Shown piece by piece: positions 19,791 through 29,614 of a DNA stretch of 54,428 nucleotides. Source of the stretch: Candidatus Uhrbacteria bacterium (GTDB lineage Bacteria; Patescibacteriota; Patescibacteriia; JACRJV01); assembly GCA_016215325.1 (NCBI GenBank), contig JACRJV010000017.1, positions 1-54,428 of the forward strand. The letters are read 5' to 3'. The notes beneath the pieces were generated by a model. That model made no database searches. It worked only from the letters and a program-made list of their open reading frames with translations, and had not been told where the DNA came from. Made by a program: the position numbers and the translations under genes. Within the stretch, counting starts at the first letter, position 1. Each line of letters starts with the position of its first letter.

Positions 19791-20520
19791 ATCCTTCGTG
19801 TTCAATTTTTCTTGCCAGTTCTGGTCCACCGCTTTCTACAATCTTCCCACCGACAAATACATGGACATGCGTGGGGCGAACATATTCGAGTATGCGTTGG
19901 TAGTGGGTAATGAGCAGCACCCCCGTGGCATGCTGCTGTACAACCCGGTTGATGGTTTGGGCGATACACTTGAGCGCATCAACATCTAATCCTGAATCTG
20001 TCTCGTCAAGTACCGCAAACAGAGGCGCGAGGATCCAGCACTGCAGCATTTCCATTTTCTTTTTTTCTCCGCCGGAGAACCCTTCGTTCATGGATCGCTG
20101 CAGGAACGAATGTGGGATCCCAAGATTACTGGCTACACTTTTGAGCGCTGATTGGAATTGAGCTGGGGTGAGGGGAGGAAGCGCTCGAGCAGCTGCTTGG
20201 GTATTGTAGGCAATGCGTAACAATTGCGTGGCCGCAACGCCCGGGATTTCCATTGGATATTGGTACCCGAGAAATAAACCGGAAAGTGCCCGTTTGTCGG
20301 TGGTGAGTGTTTCAATGTGTTGGTCGTTGATTTGTATGGTGCCAGAATCCAAGGAGATCGCAAGATCGCCCATGAGGGTAGCGGCGAGGGTTGATTTGCC
20401 ACTGCCGTTGGGCCCCATGATGGCATGAATTTCACCGGACTCAACGATGAGATTGACTCCATTGACAATGTGTTTCCCTAGGATGCTGGCAGTGAGATTC
20501 GTGATCTTCAATGTTGGCAT
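19774..20520 (-). CDS. sufC: Fe-S cluster assembly ATPase SufC
   Basis: [43 protein letters not shown]. Confidence 0.96.
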   Translation of the reverse strand: MPTLKITNLTASILGKHIVNGVNLIVESGEIHAIMGPNGSGKSTLAATLMGDLAISLDSGTIQINDQHIETLTTDKRALSGLFLGYQYPMEIPGVAATQLLRIAYNTQAAARALPPLTPAQFQSALKSVASNLGIPHSFLQRSMNEGFSGGEKKKMEMLQCWILAPLFAVLDETDSGLDVDALKCIAQTINRVVQQHATGVLLITHYQRILEYVRPTHVHVFVGGKIVESGGPELARKIEHEGYGKYQ

Positions 20521-20601
20521 ACTGGCGTAGAGGCGGATCCATGCGGATCAATACGCGGATTAACGCGGAGGAGATTAGTGTACGCGACAACAGGAGCAGC
20601 G

Positions 20602-20862
20602 TCAAACCACCGCCCCTTCTTTCTTTAGGAGTAAGCCTTTTCTTCGCGCTCCGCGATTATATCCGCCGATTTTACCATCAGAGCGAACAACGCGATGGCA
20701 GGGGATTTGAGGATTGTAGTTTTTGTTGAGAATATTGCCGACGGCCCGATAAGCGCGGGGTCGGCCGGCACGGTGTGCTACTTGTGTATAGGTGAGCGTC
20801 TTCCCCTTTGGGATATTGCGGACGACAACGAGTACCCGTTGTTGGAACGACGATGTGGCCAT
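20602..20862 (-). CDS. single-domain MGMT-family (O6-methylguanine-DNA methyltransferase) protein
   Basis: IPKGKTLTY, AYRAVG, PCHRVV active-site motif, LLKKEG. Confidence 0.9.
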   Translation of the reverse strand: MATSSFQQRVLVVVRNIPKGKTLTYTQVAHRAGRPRAYRAVGNILNKNYNPQIPCHRVVRSDGKIGGYNRGARRKGLLLKKEGAVV

Positions 20863-20867
20863 GTTTG

Positions 20868-22289
20868 TTAGGGTTGCGTTCCCAAGCCAAAGTCCAAGTC
20901 GAGGGTGGGGGCGGTCGCTCCATTTACTCCAAAGAGCTTATCGGTTTCTGATTGCGTCCCTTGGAGATCATCCAGAATGCCATACATCTCCTCGAGCAGT
21001 TGTGAGCCTTCTTGGACCGCTTCTACCAGGCCATCACTGTCCACAGGTTTTGCCTTGGCGAGCGTTTGGATCTGCGCATGCTTCGCATTGAGTTCAACGA
21101 GTTTTTGGTCCGCTTCGGATGTGTCGACTTTCTTGCGTTTGAGTGCAGCAACGCGCGATTTTATTTGCTTGATCTCCGCTGGGGCGCGGCGCAGCCCTTG
21201 GCTTAAGTTGGAGAGGGTGTCCACCGTGCGGTGCACGTCATCCAGGTCTTCCAGTGTGCCAAAGAAATCTTCATGCAACAATGCTACTGCTTCTTCTACC
21301 TTTCCATTACTCGAAAGCTCTTGTGCCTTATTGAGCGTTGATTGCAACGCGACAACGGCATCCGACAGTTTTGTTAATTCATCCGCCATGTCAAATGCAC
21401 CGGCGCGTTTGGACTGACGCATGGCTTTGGCGAGCGTGGTCTGTTCGCGTTTGAGCGCCACCTTGGCTTGTGCAAGAATTTTTTTCCAATTACCAATTTC
21501 TTGCAGGGTTTGGAAATTTTCTTCAAATTCTTGACGTGATTCTTGGAGAGTCATGAGGGCATCTTCTGCATCTTCCATGGTCTCGGCGGATTTGACTTGC
21601 TGCATTGCTTGCTCGAATTCACTCACAAACGTCTTTGTGTCTTCGGGGACAGTAATCCCTTTCCGCTCAACAGCCGCGATCTTTGCCTTTAACATCGCCA
21701 ATGGTTTGGTGGCCTTTTGAGAAAGAGATTTTTTAATTTGCTCGAGCATTTTTTTCTCACGTTCCTTTTGTCGTTGTTCTTCCTCCTCCTGGCGCTTCTG
21801 CCACTGGCCATCATCAGGGGCGCCTTGTTGCATCATGCCTTGGAAGCCTTGGTTTTCTCTGCCCCGATCACCGGGCGCTTGACCACTGCCGATGCCCGTA
21901 TTGCTCCCGCCGTCTCCTCCCATCATCTTTTGCAATCCCTGCATCCAATTGTTGCCGGATGGATCGCCTTGGGGTCCAGTTCCTCTTGGATCTCGCATTT
22001 CAGGGAACCCTTGGCCGTTGCCTTGTCCCCCCGGTTGGCCCATCGTCGGCCCACCCATCATGCCGGGACCTGGTTGGAAGAATCCGCCGCCTTCTTGGTT
22101 TGGCCGATTGCCCGGCCCTGGACGTTCTTGCGGCGGCTGTTTGGGGTTTTGTTGATCTTGGACGACTGCGGGCGGCTGCGGTAGAGTGTTGCTTCCCACT
22201 TCGGCCGTTGTCTCGCCGAGTACATACGCAACAGTCGGGACAACGATCATTGCCCCGAGAACGCCAAGGAGCTTGCTGATCCCAAACAT
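20868..22289 (-). CDS. exported/anchored protein with G/P/Q/M-rich disordered N-half and coiled-coil C-half
   Basis: 473-aa ORF, N-terminal hydrophobic segment, low-complexity region, helical repeats; TTGCAT-17nt-TATACT upstream. Confidence 0.75.
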   Translation of the reverse strand: MFGISKLLGVLGAMIVVPTVAYVLGETTAEVGSNTLPQPPAVVQDQQNPKQPPQERPGPGNRPNQEGGGFFQPGPGMMGGPTMGQPGGQGNGQGFPEMRDPRGTGPQGDPSGNNWMQGLQKMMGGDGGSNTGIGSGQAPGDRGRENQGFQGMMQQGAPDDGQWQKRQEEEEQRQKEREKKMLEQIKKSLSQKATKPLAMLKAKIAAVERKGITVPEDTKTFVSEFEQAMQQVKSAETMEDAEDALMTLQESRQEFEENFQTLQEIGNWKKILAQAKVALKREQTTLAKAMRQSKRAGAFDMADELTKLSDAVVALQSTLNKAQELSSNGKVEEAVALLHEDFFGTLEDLDDVHRTVDTLSNLSQGLRRAPAEIKQIKSRVAALKRKKVDTSEADQKLVELNAKHAQIQTLAKAKPVDSDGLVEAVQEGSQLLEEMYGILDDLQGTQSETDKLFGVNGATAPTLDLDFGLGTQP

Positions 22290-22431
22290 AGATATGGATA
22301 CGATATAAGAGGTGAATAATGTATCTTCAGTATAGAGCTCTTTTACTGTGTATGCAAAGCCGTTTGAAATTTTGCAAATACTCTTGTGTTTATGCTATGG
22401 TTTCAATGAATATTCTTGAGTCAAACCCCTT

Positions 22432-23196
22432 GTGCCCAAAACGAGCGATATTATCATTAGCATGCGCGATGTCAGCATGCAGTACACCGATACCCCCGTA
22501 CTGGAACATTTATCGTTCCGCATTAACCAGGGGGAATATGTAGGTATCTTGGGGCCTAATGGGGGAGGCAAGACCACCCTGCTCAAACTGCTTGTCGGCA
22601 TGCTCCACCCACAGCAGGGGGAAGTTAAGATATTTGGTAAACCGTTCCGCGATCTTACGGCGAGTGAACGATCAACAATCGGGTTTGTGCCGCAACGGAT
22701 TTCGGAGGGGCGTATCGATTTCCCGGCAACCGTGGCGGAGGTTGTATTGAGCGGTCGGGCCCCGAGCCTCGGATGGACTCGTCGATACCGCCACGACGAT
22801 TTGGCCGCGGCACATTCGGCGATGGAGCAAGCCGGGATTGAACAGTTGCACGATCGTCTTTTGGGCACCCTTTCCGGTGGTCAGCTCCAACGCGTGATGA
22901 TTGCTCGGGCAATGGTGAACAATCCAACCCTTTTACTACTTGACGAACCGACCGTGGGCGTTGATGCAGCGAGCCAAGAAGCATTCTACGGTTTTATCAA
23001 AGAACTCAACCAAGATCAGGGCATGACCATTATTTTTGTGTCCCATGACATTGATGTTGTGGCCCATGAAGCGCAGACCATTCTGTGCGTCAACCGCACA
23101 CTGATTTGCCACGGCCCGAGCCGTGAGGTATTAGCCGGGGATGTATTAGAACAAATGTATGGCAAAAAGTTGCGCAGCATTGTGCATGGGCACTAA
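22432..23196 (+). CDS. znuC: Zn/Mn ABC transporter ATP-binding protein
   Basis: GPNGGGKT, FVPQ, FPATV, LSGGQLQR, DEPTVGVD, VSHD. Confidence 0.88.
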   Translation: MPKTSDIIISMRDVSMQYTDTPVLEHLSFRINQGEYVGILGPNGGGKTTLLKLLVGMLHPQQGEVKIFGKPFRDLTASERSTIGFVPQRISEGRIDFPATVAEVVLSGRAPSLGWTRRYRHDDLAAAHSAMEQAGIEQLHDRLLGTLSGGQLQRVMIARAMVNNPTLLLLDEPTVGVDAASQEAFYGFIKELNQDQGMTIIFVSHDIDVVAHEAQTILCVNRTLICHGPSREVLAGDVLEQMYGKKLRSIVHGH

Positions 23197-23243
23197 CTAA
23201 CGCTCGCCAGCCGGATTTACTGGCGTGCTGGATTTACTCCTGT

Positions 23244-24041
23244 ATGTTCGAGATTTTTCAGTTCGACTTTATGCAGCGGGCGTTTGGGGCAGGGATTGCC
23301 ATTGCGATCATTGCTCCGACGATCGGCATTTTTTTGGTGGTCCGCCGATTCTCATTGATTAGCGACACGTTAGCGCATGTGTCGCTCGCAGGGGTTGCGG
23401 TGGCGGCATTAACGGGGACCAACGCTATTTTGACCGCAATGATCACCACCGTGCTTGCCGCATTTGGGATCGAGCGGTTGCGCTTTAGTCGTAATATATT
23501 TGGCGAGTCGGTCCTTGCGATTTTTCTTTCGGGCAGCCTTGCCCTCTCCAGCATACTGTTTGGCCTTTCGCGGGGGAGAGCGGTGGGGCTCTCCAGCATA
23601 CTGTTTGGCAGTATCACTACCGTGAGCCCGGGGGATGTTCGTTTAATCGTGACCCTTGCCATTATTGTCACGGTTATTATTTTGGCGCTCTATCCCAAAT
23701 TATTCGCTGTTGCGTTTGACGAGGAGGTCGCGCAAGTCAATGGGCTTCCGGTCCAACTCTTGAATACCGTCATTATGATCTTGGCCGCGATGAGTGTGGC
23801 ATTGGCGATCCGCATTGTGGGAGCGCTGCTTATCGGGGCCCTTATGGTGATGCCAGTGGTGGCGGCGCTGCAATGGAAATTGAGCTTCCAAAAAAGCCTG
23901 TGGCTTGCGATTGCGTTCTCTTTGCTTGCGGTACTATCGGGGTTGTTTATTTCGTACTATTGGGATTTGGCCAGCGGGGGGACGATTGTCTTGGTGGCGT
24001 TATTGACCTTCACATTTAGTCTGGTTATGAATCGGCGATGA
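23244..24041 (+). CDS. znuB: Zn/Mn ABC transporter permease
   Basis: FMQRA, DTLAHVSLAG, LFGSI, FDEEVA, VGALLI, SGGTIV. Confidence 0.9.
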   Translation: MFEIFQFDFMQRAFGAGIAIAIIAPTIGIFLVVRRFSLISDTLAHVSLAGVAVAALTGTNAILTAMITTVLAAFGIERLRFSRNIFGESVLAIFLSGSLALSSILFGLSRGRAVGLSSILFGSITTVSPGDVRLIVTLAIIVTVIILALYPKLFAVAFDEEVAQVNGLPVQLLNTVIMILAAMSVALAIRIVGALLIGALMVMPVVAALQWKLSFQKSLWLAIAFSLLAVLSGLFISYYWDLASGGTIVLVALLTFTFSLVMNRR

Positions 24042-24124
24042 TATCGGACATATTCCTCGTTTTGTGCCATAGTACGACGTCCCGAACGGGTCGTCTTTTT
24101 CGTCTTTGTTTGAGAAAAAATCTT

Positions 24125-24673
24125 TCAGATCTTGGTTAAGTCACCGCCGAGGGCGGGGCCCCACACGCTCCGGCGGCCAGGATGACAAATTTTTTGATCT
24201 TTGCTAAGCCCATCGTAGAACTTGCTCAACAAAAACGGAGAGAGAAAGTCTTTTATCTTGAGGCGTTGTTCAATCGGCAGATTTTTAAACCCACGGATAT
24301 AGCGATGGCAATCACTAGCCCCGCAGTGGCATTCAAAAACATCCTCATCGTCCCAATCACTGGTGTAATAGTTGTATGTGATCTGTTCGCCGGGCAAAAT
24401 ATCACGCAATGCTTTGAGCGCGAGTATTTCAAAATCAACAAAGCTTGTTGGCGCGCACGAATGATTTAAGAAATTCTCTGGCAGCGTCGGGTCTGTGCTC
24501 AACTGATGCCGGTGTTCGTCCACGCGCATGCTGATGTTGGTGGGCGTGGCAACAAAATGTCGATCAAAATAAAAAATGATTTCCCCACGGACAATTGGGA
24601 CAATCGCAAAAATCCCCGGATTGGGGATGTTTTTGTCGATGATCAATTTTTCATTTCGTTGAAGGTCTTTCAT
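24125..24673 (-). CDS. SET-domain protein-lysine methyltransferase-like protein with post-SET Cys motif
   Basis: NFLNHSCAP, ALRDILPGEQITYNY, FECHCGASDC; start uncertain. Confidence 0.88.
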   Translation of the reverse strand: MKDLQRNEKLIIDKNIPNPGIFAIVPIVRGEIIFYFDRHFVATPTNISMRVDEHRHQLSTDPTLPENFLNHSCAPTSFVDFEILALKALRDILPGEQITYNYYTSDWDDEDVFECHCGASDCHRYIRGFKNLPIEQRLKIKDFLSPFLLSKFYDGLSKDQKICHPGRRSVWGPALGGDLTKI

Positions 24674-24744
24674 GAGCGATATTTTATTTCTTGATTGGAG
24701 CATTGTCAATTGAGGATGAGAAGGGTGGAAGAAGGGCAGAAAAT

Positions 24745-24773
24745 TTGACAATTTATTAAAAAGGTGGTATAAT
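24745..24773 (+). promoter_or_regulatory. perfect consensus sigma70 promoter
   Basis: TTGACA-17nt-TATAAT with extended -10 TG. Confidence 0.8.
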
Positions 24774-24909
24774 CATTTGTTTATTCTCTCTATAGGGGGC
24801 AGAAATCCTTTCCTTCTCCCATGGAGGGAACAAAAACGGCCGTATGGTGGTCGTGCTGTCCAGTCGAACAGCAAACTCATCCCTCGCTTTATCCTTAATC
24901 CTCAAATCT

Positions 24910-25080
24910 ATGAGGATTCTGGCAGCGGTGGGGTTGGGTCTCACCATCATCGTGCTCAAATCTCTCACTCCCACCATTTGGGTTGGGTTTGAGCGGACAC
25001 TACTGCAATTCTTTGAATTGCTCCAAGTAGTGATGACGCACCTTGAAACGGTCGTGGGCCGTGGTTCGCCGGGCTTTTAG
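24910..25080 (+). CDS. small membrane protein (56 aa), hypothetical
   Basis: MRILAAVGLGLTIIVLK... TM helix plus amphipathic helix downstream of a consensus promoter. Confidence 0.6.
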   Translation: MRILAAVGLGLTIIVLKSLTPTIWVGFERTLLQFFELLQVVMTHLETVVGRGSPGF

Positions 25081-25217
25081 AGCCCTTGCGTCCCCGCCAA
25101 GATACCGGTCTGATTTGCCACAGTGCAATTCGGACCGGTTTTCGATACGCGAGAGGTGAGGATATTTAGAGATAAAGAGATGCGGAAGAGAACTTCGATA
25201 TGTTGGTGCCCGCATTG

Positions 25218-25278
25218 GCATGGCCCACTGACAGCATGGCCCACTGACGTTGACCATCCTAGAGACATCGACTATACT
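25218..25278 (+). promoter_or_regulatory. sigma70 promoter preceded by a 15-nt direct repeat
   Basis: GCATGGCCCACTGAC twice (25218-25232, 25234-25248), then TTGACC-17nt-TATACT. Confidence 0.7.
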
Positions 25279-25334
25279 GCCCCAACATCACGAACCGTTC
25301 ACCATCTTAAGTGTTTCACGGAAGGAGGTGAAAC

Positions 25335-25649
25335 ATGCGTAAGAGAAAGATGCCTCCCTTGAAGTTCGCGGAGGATTTCGCCATCCACGGCAATTGCAAC
25401 CGGTGCGATTCGTCGTTTGATGAGCGCCATCGCGGCAACCTCATCAAGGGGGTTGCCTTCTGCCCCAACTGTGTCACTTGGGCTATGACGCGGCCCAAGG
25501 ACGTCGACCAGCGACAGTTGCTGGAAGACCTGCTGCCGGGTGGCGCGGGCGATCGCCGCAGACGGGTGATCAGGCCCCACCCGCACCGTCGCAAGACGGA
25601 CGACGCGAGTGGGTACGACCCCGTACACCACGACGGCCCCGGGCACTGA
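25335..25649 (+). CDS. small orphan protein with putative Zn ribbon (CxxC...CxxC)
   Basis: AAGGAGGTG SD, CNRC and CPNC, GC3-rich codons, hairpin at 25659-25694. Confidence 0.75.
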   Translation: MRKRKMPPLKFAEDFAIHGNCNRCDSSFDERHRGNLIKGVAFCPNCVTWAMTRPKDVDQRQLLEDLLPGGAGDRRRRVIRPHPHRRKTDDASGYDPVHHDGPGH

Positions 25650-25854
25650 CCCGGCATCGCGAGGGCGCGCAGCTACACACGCTCGCGCCCTCGCCCCTAT
25701 TTTCTCTGGCATCCACACGCATCCACGGGCTTTGATCTTGCGGTTACATTCTGCTATCCTACAGGGGATCCTATGGGGATAGATTTCACTACTATTGTTT
25801 GGGATTTTGATAGATAAAGGCACCATTGCCGATGCGCGCATGGTGTTATTTTTT

Positions 25855-27663
25855 ATGACCGAACGACCATCGTTTGCACAAATGCCGCAGGGAGACGGAA
25901 CAGGCCAGGAACATGAGCAGCGCCCCTCTACACAAGCACTCTTAGATGCGTTGAGCCAGTCACCGCATCTTCGAGGCGTTGTTGAGCTTATTCGTGGGTA
26001 TCAGGCGTTCAACTCCGAGAAGAGACGCCGGTTGCTCGATCATAAGGCCCGCGAGATGATCAATAGCCCGATGAAGATCACTCAAGCGATAGATACAATG
26101 GGCATTCTTGGGGATGCCGGTGATACACTCGGCGCGAAAAACATGATCGTGGATTTTGTGCACGCCCTTGAACGGGCTGTAAAAGACATGCAACCATTCC
26201 CGCCCGATCCCGGAGTGCTTGAACAATGGCTCGTGTTGTTTAGCGATCAGTCTAACTATAATGTGATCGGGAGGGTGTTACTGCGGAAGATGATCCAACG
26301 ATGTGGGGATCCTAAATCAACGATTAACTTTCTTTATGAACTCGCCCTGGCGGGGTTTACGAGTAGTGACGCGATCGTTTTTCGTGAGATTAACAACATC
26401 CTCTCGTACCAATCTACGCTATTAACCTCGGACGATCCTCAAGCACGGTACGCGCTCGAGGCAATCTTCCATCGCGATGAGCAGTGCGTTCGCAAAACTC
26501 GCGAGCTATTGTTGGCGCAAGGCGTATTCATGAACAACCAGCAGCAAGCGTTTTATCGAGCCGTCGATGCAGTCGTTGGGGAGCAGCCGATGTATCGTAA
26601 AGCCCTCCAGACAGCCTTTGAGTCCGATGAAGAAGGTGTCAAAGCATTGTTGCAAACGCCGTCCGATATCTTTGAGATGCTCGATGGACGGAAACCTATT
26701 GATCTCAAACTTATCAAGACTTATCCGTGGAGTTTACTCTTTGAGAAGCCGGGGCCCCTTAAACTCTGGTGCGATGAAGTGTTGGCGATGCGCGAAAATG
26801 AACGCACTGGCGGGAAGAAGGTAGCCATTCATTTACCCACAGGGCATTTTGTTGATGAGCCAAAACGGGAATTCATCCAGAAGGCGTTGGAGACAGATCC
26901 GTCGGCCAACCAGCAACCGCTTGAATCCGGGATGTATTGGAATACGCTTTCGTACCTTTCGCCGGAATCTCTCTTTGTTGAACAGCGGCGACGGGAGCTG
27001 CGGTTACGCAACGATACGCTCATAGAACAGCTCCGGAACGATCCTACCTGTTTGTTGAATCCTGATGGAGACAGAGTGGAATTCAGTGATTCACTGCTTA
27101 CGGAACTCGGATATAAGGAAGTGTTGTTCGCTATTGGTGAAGAAAACCCTCAGGATACGGTTGTGACGTTGACCGCCGGCAACTACCAGTATCGCGTGCT
27201 GTTGGATGCTCGTTTTGCATTGCGCGAAGTGAAGACACGCAAGAGTATCGTGTTGCCGTCGCGCGGGGTCTTTATCGAAAACGTCTTGTTAGAACACTTG
27301 CATGCCATTATGTGTTCGGGCAAACGGAAAGAAAAAGAACATACGCGAAACGGGGGAGAGGGCGGTGGAGGTGAGCAGCGCCGGAGCCGTCGGGCGCATC
27401 GGAGACTCCTGCCGTTGGGTGACAACCCGACGCCGCAACAGATCGTGTTTGCCCTGCAGTGCGGTCGAGACGTTGTTCGGTGGAATCGTGAGCGCGAAGA
27501 GGAGGCAAAAAAGTCAGCCTCTGCGCGCGGCGAACAATTCGAACCCGGAAAATTTAGGAAGTATACCTTTGTGTCCGGCTACAAATCCAAGACTCCGGGG
27601 CCGCCGGTGGTCAGTGATGCCCCGCAGGCCGCGGTGGAGTTGCATAAGATTCTAGGCGTGTAG
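25855..27663 (+). CDS. large hypothetical protein
   Basis: About 600-aa uninterrupted ORF with no motif I can assign. Confidence 0.7.
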   Translation: MTERPSFAQMPQGDGTGQEHEQRPSTQALLDALSQSPHLRGVVELIRGYQAFNSEKRRRLLDHKAREMINSPMKITQAIDTMGILGDAGDTLGAKNMIVDFVHALERAVKDMQPFPPDPGVLEQWLVLFSDQSNYNVIGRVLLRKMIQRCGDPKSTINFLYELALAGFTSSDAIVFREINNILSYQSTLLTSDDPQARYALEAIFHRDEQCVRKTRELLLAQGVFMNNQQQAFYRAVDAVVGEQPMYRKALQTAFESDEEGVKALLQTPSDIFEMLDGRKPIDLKLIKTYPWSLLFEKPGPLKLWCDEVLAMRENERTGGKKVAIHLPTGHFVDEPKREFIQKALETDPSANQQPLESGMYWNTLSYLSPESLFVEQRRRELRLRNDTLIEQLRNDPTCLLNPDGDRVEFSDSLLTELGYKEVLFAIGEENPQDTVVTLTAGNYQYRVLLDARFALREVKTRKSIVLPSRGVFIENVLLEHLHAIMCSGKRKEKEHTRNGGEGGGGEQRRSRRAHRRLLPLGDNPTPQQIVFALQCGRDVVRWNREREEEAKKSASARGEQFEPGKFRKYTFVSGYKSKTPGPPVVSDAPQAAVELHKILGV

Positions 27664-27666
27664 GGT

Positions 27667-28650
27667 ATGTCTCAACCTTGGAATCTCAAGCAACAGTTTT
27701 TGGGGAGTGTCAAACAGCACGGCGGGTGGTACAATTGCCACGCGCATTTTGACAAGGCATTTTATATTTCAAAGCCAGAGCTGGACAAGAGCATGCTCGA
27801 CATGGAGGTCAAGTGGAACATGTCTGACGCCAAAAAACGTTCGATGACACAAAAAAAGATCGAGGACAACATCCGTACCGCATTGGACATCATGGTGGCA
27901 CAGGGTGTTGCGGGCACGGTGAGCTTCGTGGATGCGTACGAGGCGGTCGGGCATAAAGCGATTGATGCAGCCAACATCGTAAAAAAGGAATACGCAAAAA
28001 AAATTAAATTTGTCACCATGACACAACCGCTCGGCGGGCTTGTGGATCCGGCCGCGGTAAAACTCTTTGAGGAAATCACGGCCAAGGCCGATGTGATTGG
28101 CGGGCTGCCTTCGAAGGATCGCAAAGAAAAAGGCGGCGTTCAAAAGCATTATGATGTGTTATTCTCGATTGCGAAAAATCAGAACAAGCCGCTGCACATC
28201 CACATTGATCAAGAAAATAACCCCCATGAACGCGATACCGAGGAGTTGATCCGGCAAGTTGAGAAACACAAATACCAAGGGCGCGTCGCAGCAATCCATG
28301 CTATTTCGGTTTCAGCGCAGCCCAAGGCCTACCGCCAGAAAATTTACAAAAAATTAGCGGCCAACGGGATCGCAGTGGTGGTGTGCCCATCGGCCGCATT
28401 GGGCATGCGGCAGTTGGATGCGTACAAGGCACCGGTCCACAATTCCATCGCCAATGTGCCAGAGATGTTAGAAGCGGGCGTGCTCGTCGGACTGGGGGTT
28501 GATAATGTGTACGATTTCTATCAGCCGTTTGTTGACGGCGATATGTGGGTGGAGGTCAGGATGCTCCAAGAAGCCTGCCGGTTTTATGACTTTGACGCGG
28601 TGTTGAAGATTGCCACGGACAATGGGAAGAAGATTTTGGAGATGAAGTAG
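27667..28650 (+). CDS. amidohydrolase, cytosine deaminase (CodA)-like
   Basis: HAHFDKA, HIHID, AIHA, VCPS, GLGVDN. Confidence 0.85.
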   Translation: MSQPWNLKQQFLGSVKQHGGWYNCHAHFDKAFYISKPELDKSMLDMEVKWNMSDAKKRSMTQKKIEDNIRTALDIMVAQGVAGTVSFVDAYEAVGHKAIDAANIVKKEYAKKIKFVTMTQPLGGLVDPAAVKLFEEITAKADVIGGLPSKDRKEKGGVQKHYDVLFSIAKNQNKPLHIHIDQENNPHERDTEELIRQVEKHKYQGRVAAIHAISVSAQPKAYRQKIYKKLAANGIAVVVCPSAALGMRQLDAYKAPVHNSIANVPEMLEAGVLVGLGVDNVYDFYQPFVDGDMWVEVRMLQEACRFYDFDAVLKIATDNGKKILEMK

Positions 28651-28653
28651 AGT

Positions 28654-29589
28654 ATGCGAAAATTCGAGCGGGGGATGTTGATGTTAGTTGGGGGCCAAGT
28701 GATTTGGGGAATTGCGCCAGCCTTGATTGGCGGGTTTTTGGGCGGTGTGCCCGCATCGTTGGTGTTGACGATTCGACACTTTATCGGAGGAATTCTTTTT
28801 GTAGGGATCCTCTTGGCATCAGGGCGCGTTTTGGGCACTACTCGCATCCAACGTACAATTGTTTTCCAATTGCTGTTCTGGTCCGTTCTCACCTCTGGAC
28901 TCGCGGAGATCCTATGGATTAGAGCCATTCAGGATGCGGGAGTTATAATTGCGACATTGTTGGTTCGACTAGAAATCCCCTTTGCGGTAGTATTTGCCGC
29001 GTGGTATCTGCGAGAACAGATAACTTTGCCGATCGCCCTTGCCGCTGTATTGAGCATGAGTGGTGTTGTGCTGTTGACCATCAGTCGGCCGGACGATGCA
29101 AGCCATCCATACCTATTTCGCGGGGCGTTGGAAGGATTCGCGGGAGCACTGCTGTGGACTTGGGCTGGAGTATATGCCAAAAAAATGCTGACAGATGGCA
29201 GTTCTCCGGTGTTATTATCGGCGCTGCGAACATGGATCGGTGGCTTATTTAATGCCATTGTTGTTTTGTTGACAATCAGCGCGATCCCCCAGGCCGTGAT
29301 GGCGCTCTCCCGCAACCAATGGCTTGTCATCCTCTACCTTGCGGTGTTTTCCTCTGTTATTGGAATGCTGTTTTACTATCGAGGAATGGAGTATACTTCT
29401 GCTAGCGTTGCTGGGGTACTCTTGGGTGTTTCGTTGCTGATTGCCACCCTTGGGGGGCTCGTTATTGGGGAACGGTTACTGCCGCTGCAATGGCTGGGTG
29501 CCGCGATGATCCTCACAGCGATAGTGCTCACGAGTAATGTCCATGGATCGTTGAAACGATTATTAAAATTAACTCAGGTTACTTCTTAA
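28654..29589 (+). CDS. EamA/DMT family transporter
   Basis: IWG, LTIR, YLREQ, IGER, WLG; 10 TM segments. Confidence 0.88.
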   Translation: MRKFERGMLMLVGGQVIWGIAPALIGGFLGGVPASLVLTIRHFIGGILFVGILLASGRVLGTTRIQRTIVFQLLFWSVLTSGLAEILWIRAIQDAGVIIATLLVRLEIPFAVVFAAWYLREQITLPIALAAVLSMSGVVLLTISRPDDASHPYLFRGALEGFAGALLWTWAGVYAKKMLTDGSSPVLLSALRTWIGGLFNAIVVLLTISAIPQAVMALSRNQWLVILYLAVFSSVIGMLFYYRGMEYTSASVAGVLLGVSLLIATLGGLVIGERLLPLQWLGAAMILTAIVLTSNVHGSLKRLLKLTQVTS

Positions 29590-29614
29590 TTTACTTAATT
29601 TACTTTTTACCAGT

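Noticed and set aside
22352-22370. Zur/Fur box upstream of znuC (ATGCAAAGCCGTTTGAAAT)
   Set aside because: Imperfect symmetry, and no lineage-specific consensus that I can verify.
25754-25783. CsoR-like boxes (CTATCC...GGATAG with G tracts)
   Set aside because: Short and degenerate, and the downstream gene has no evident metal link.
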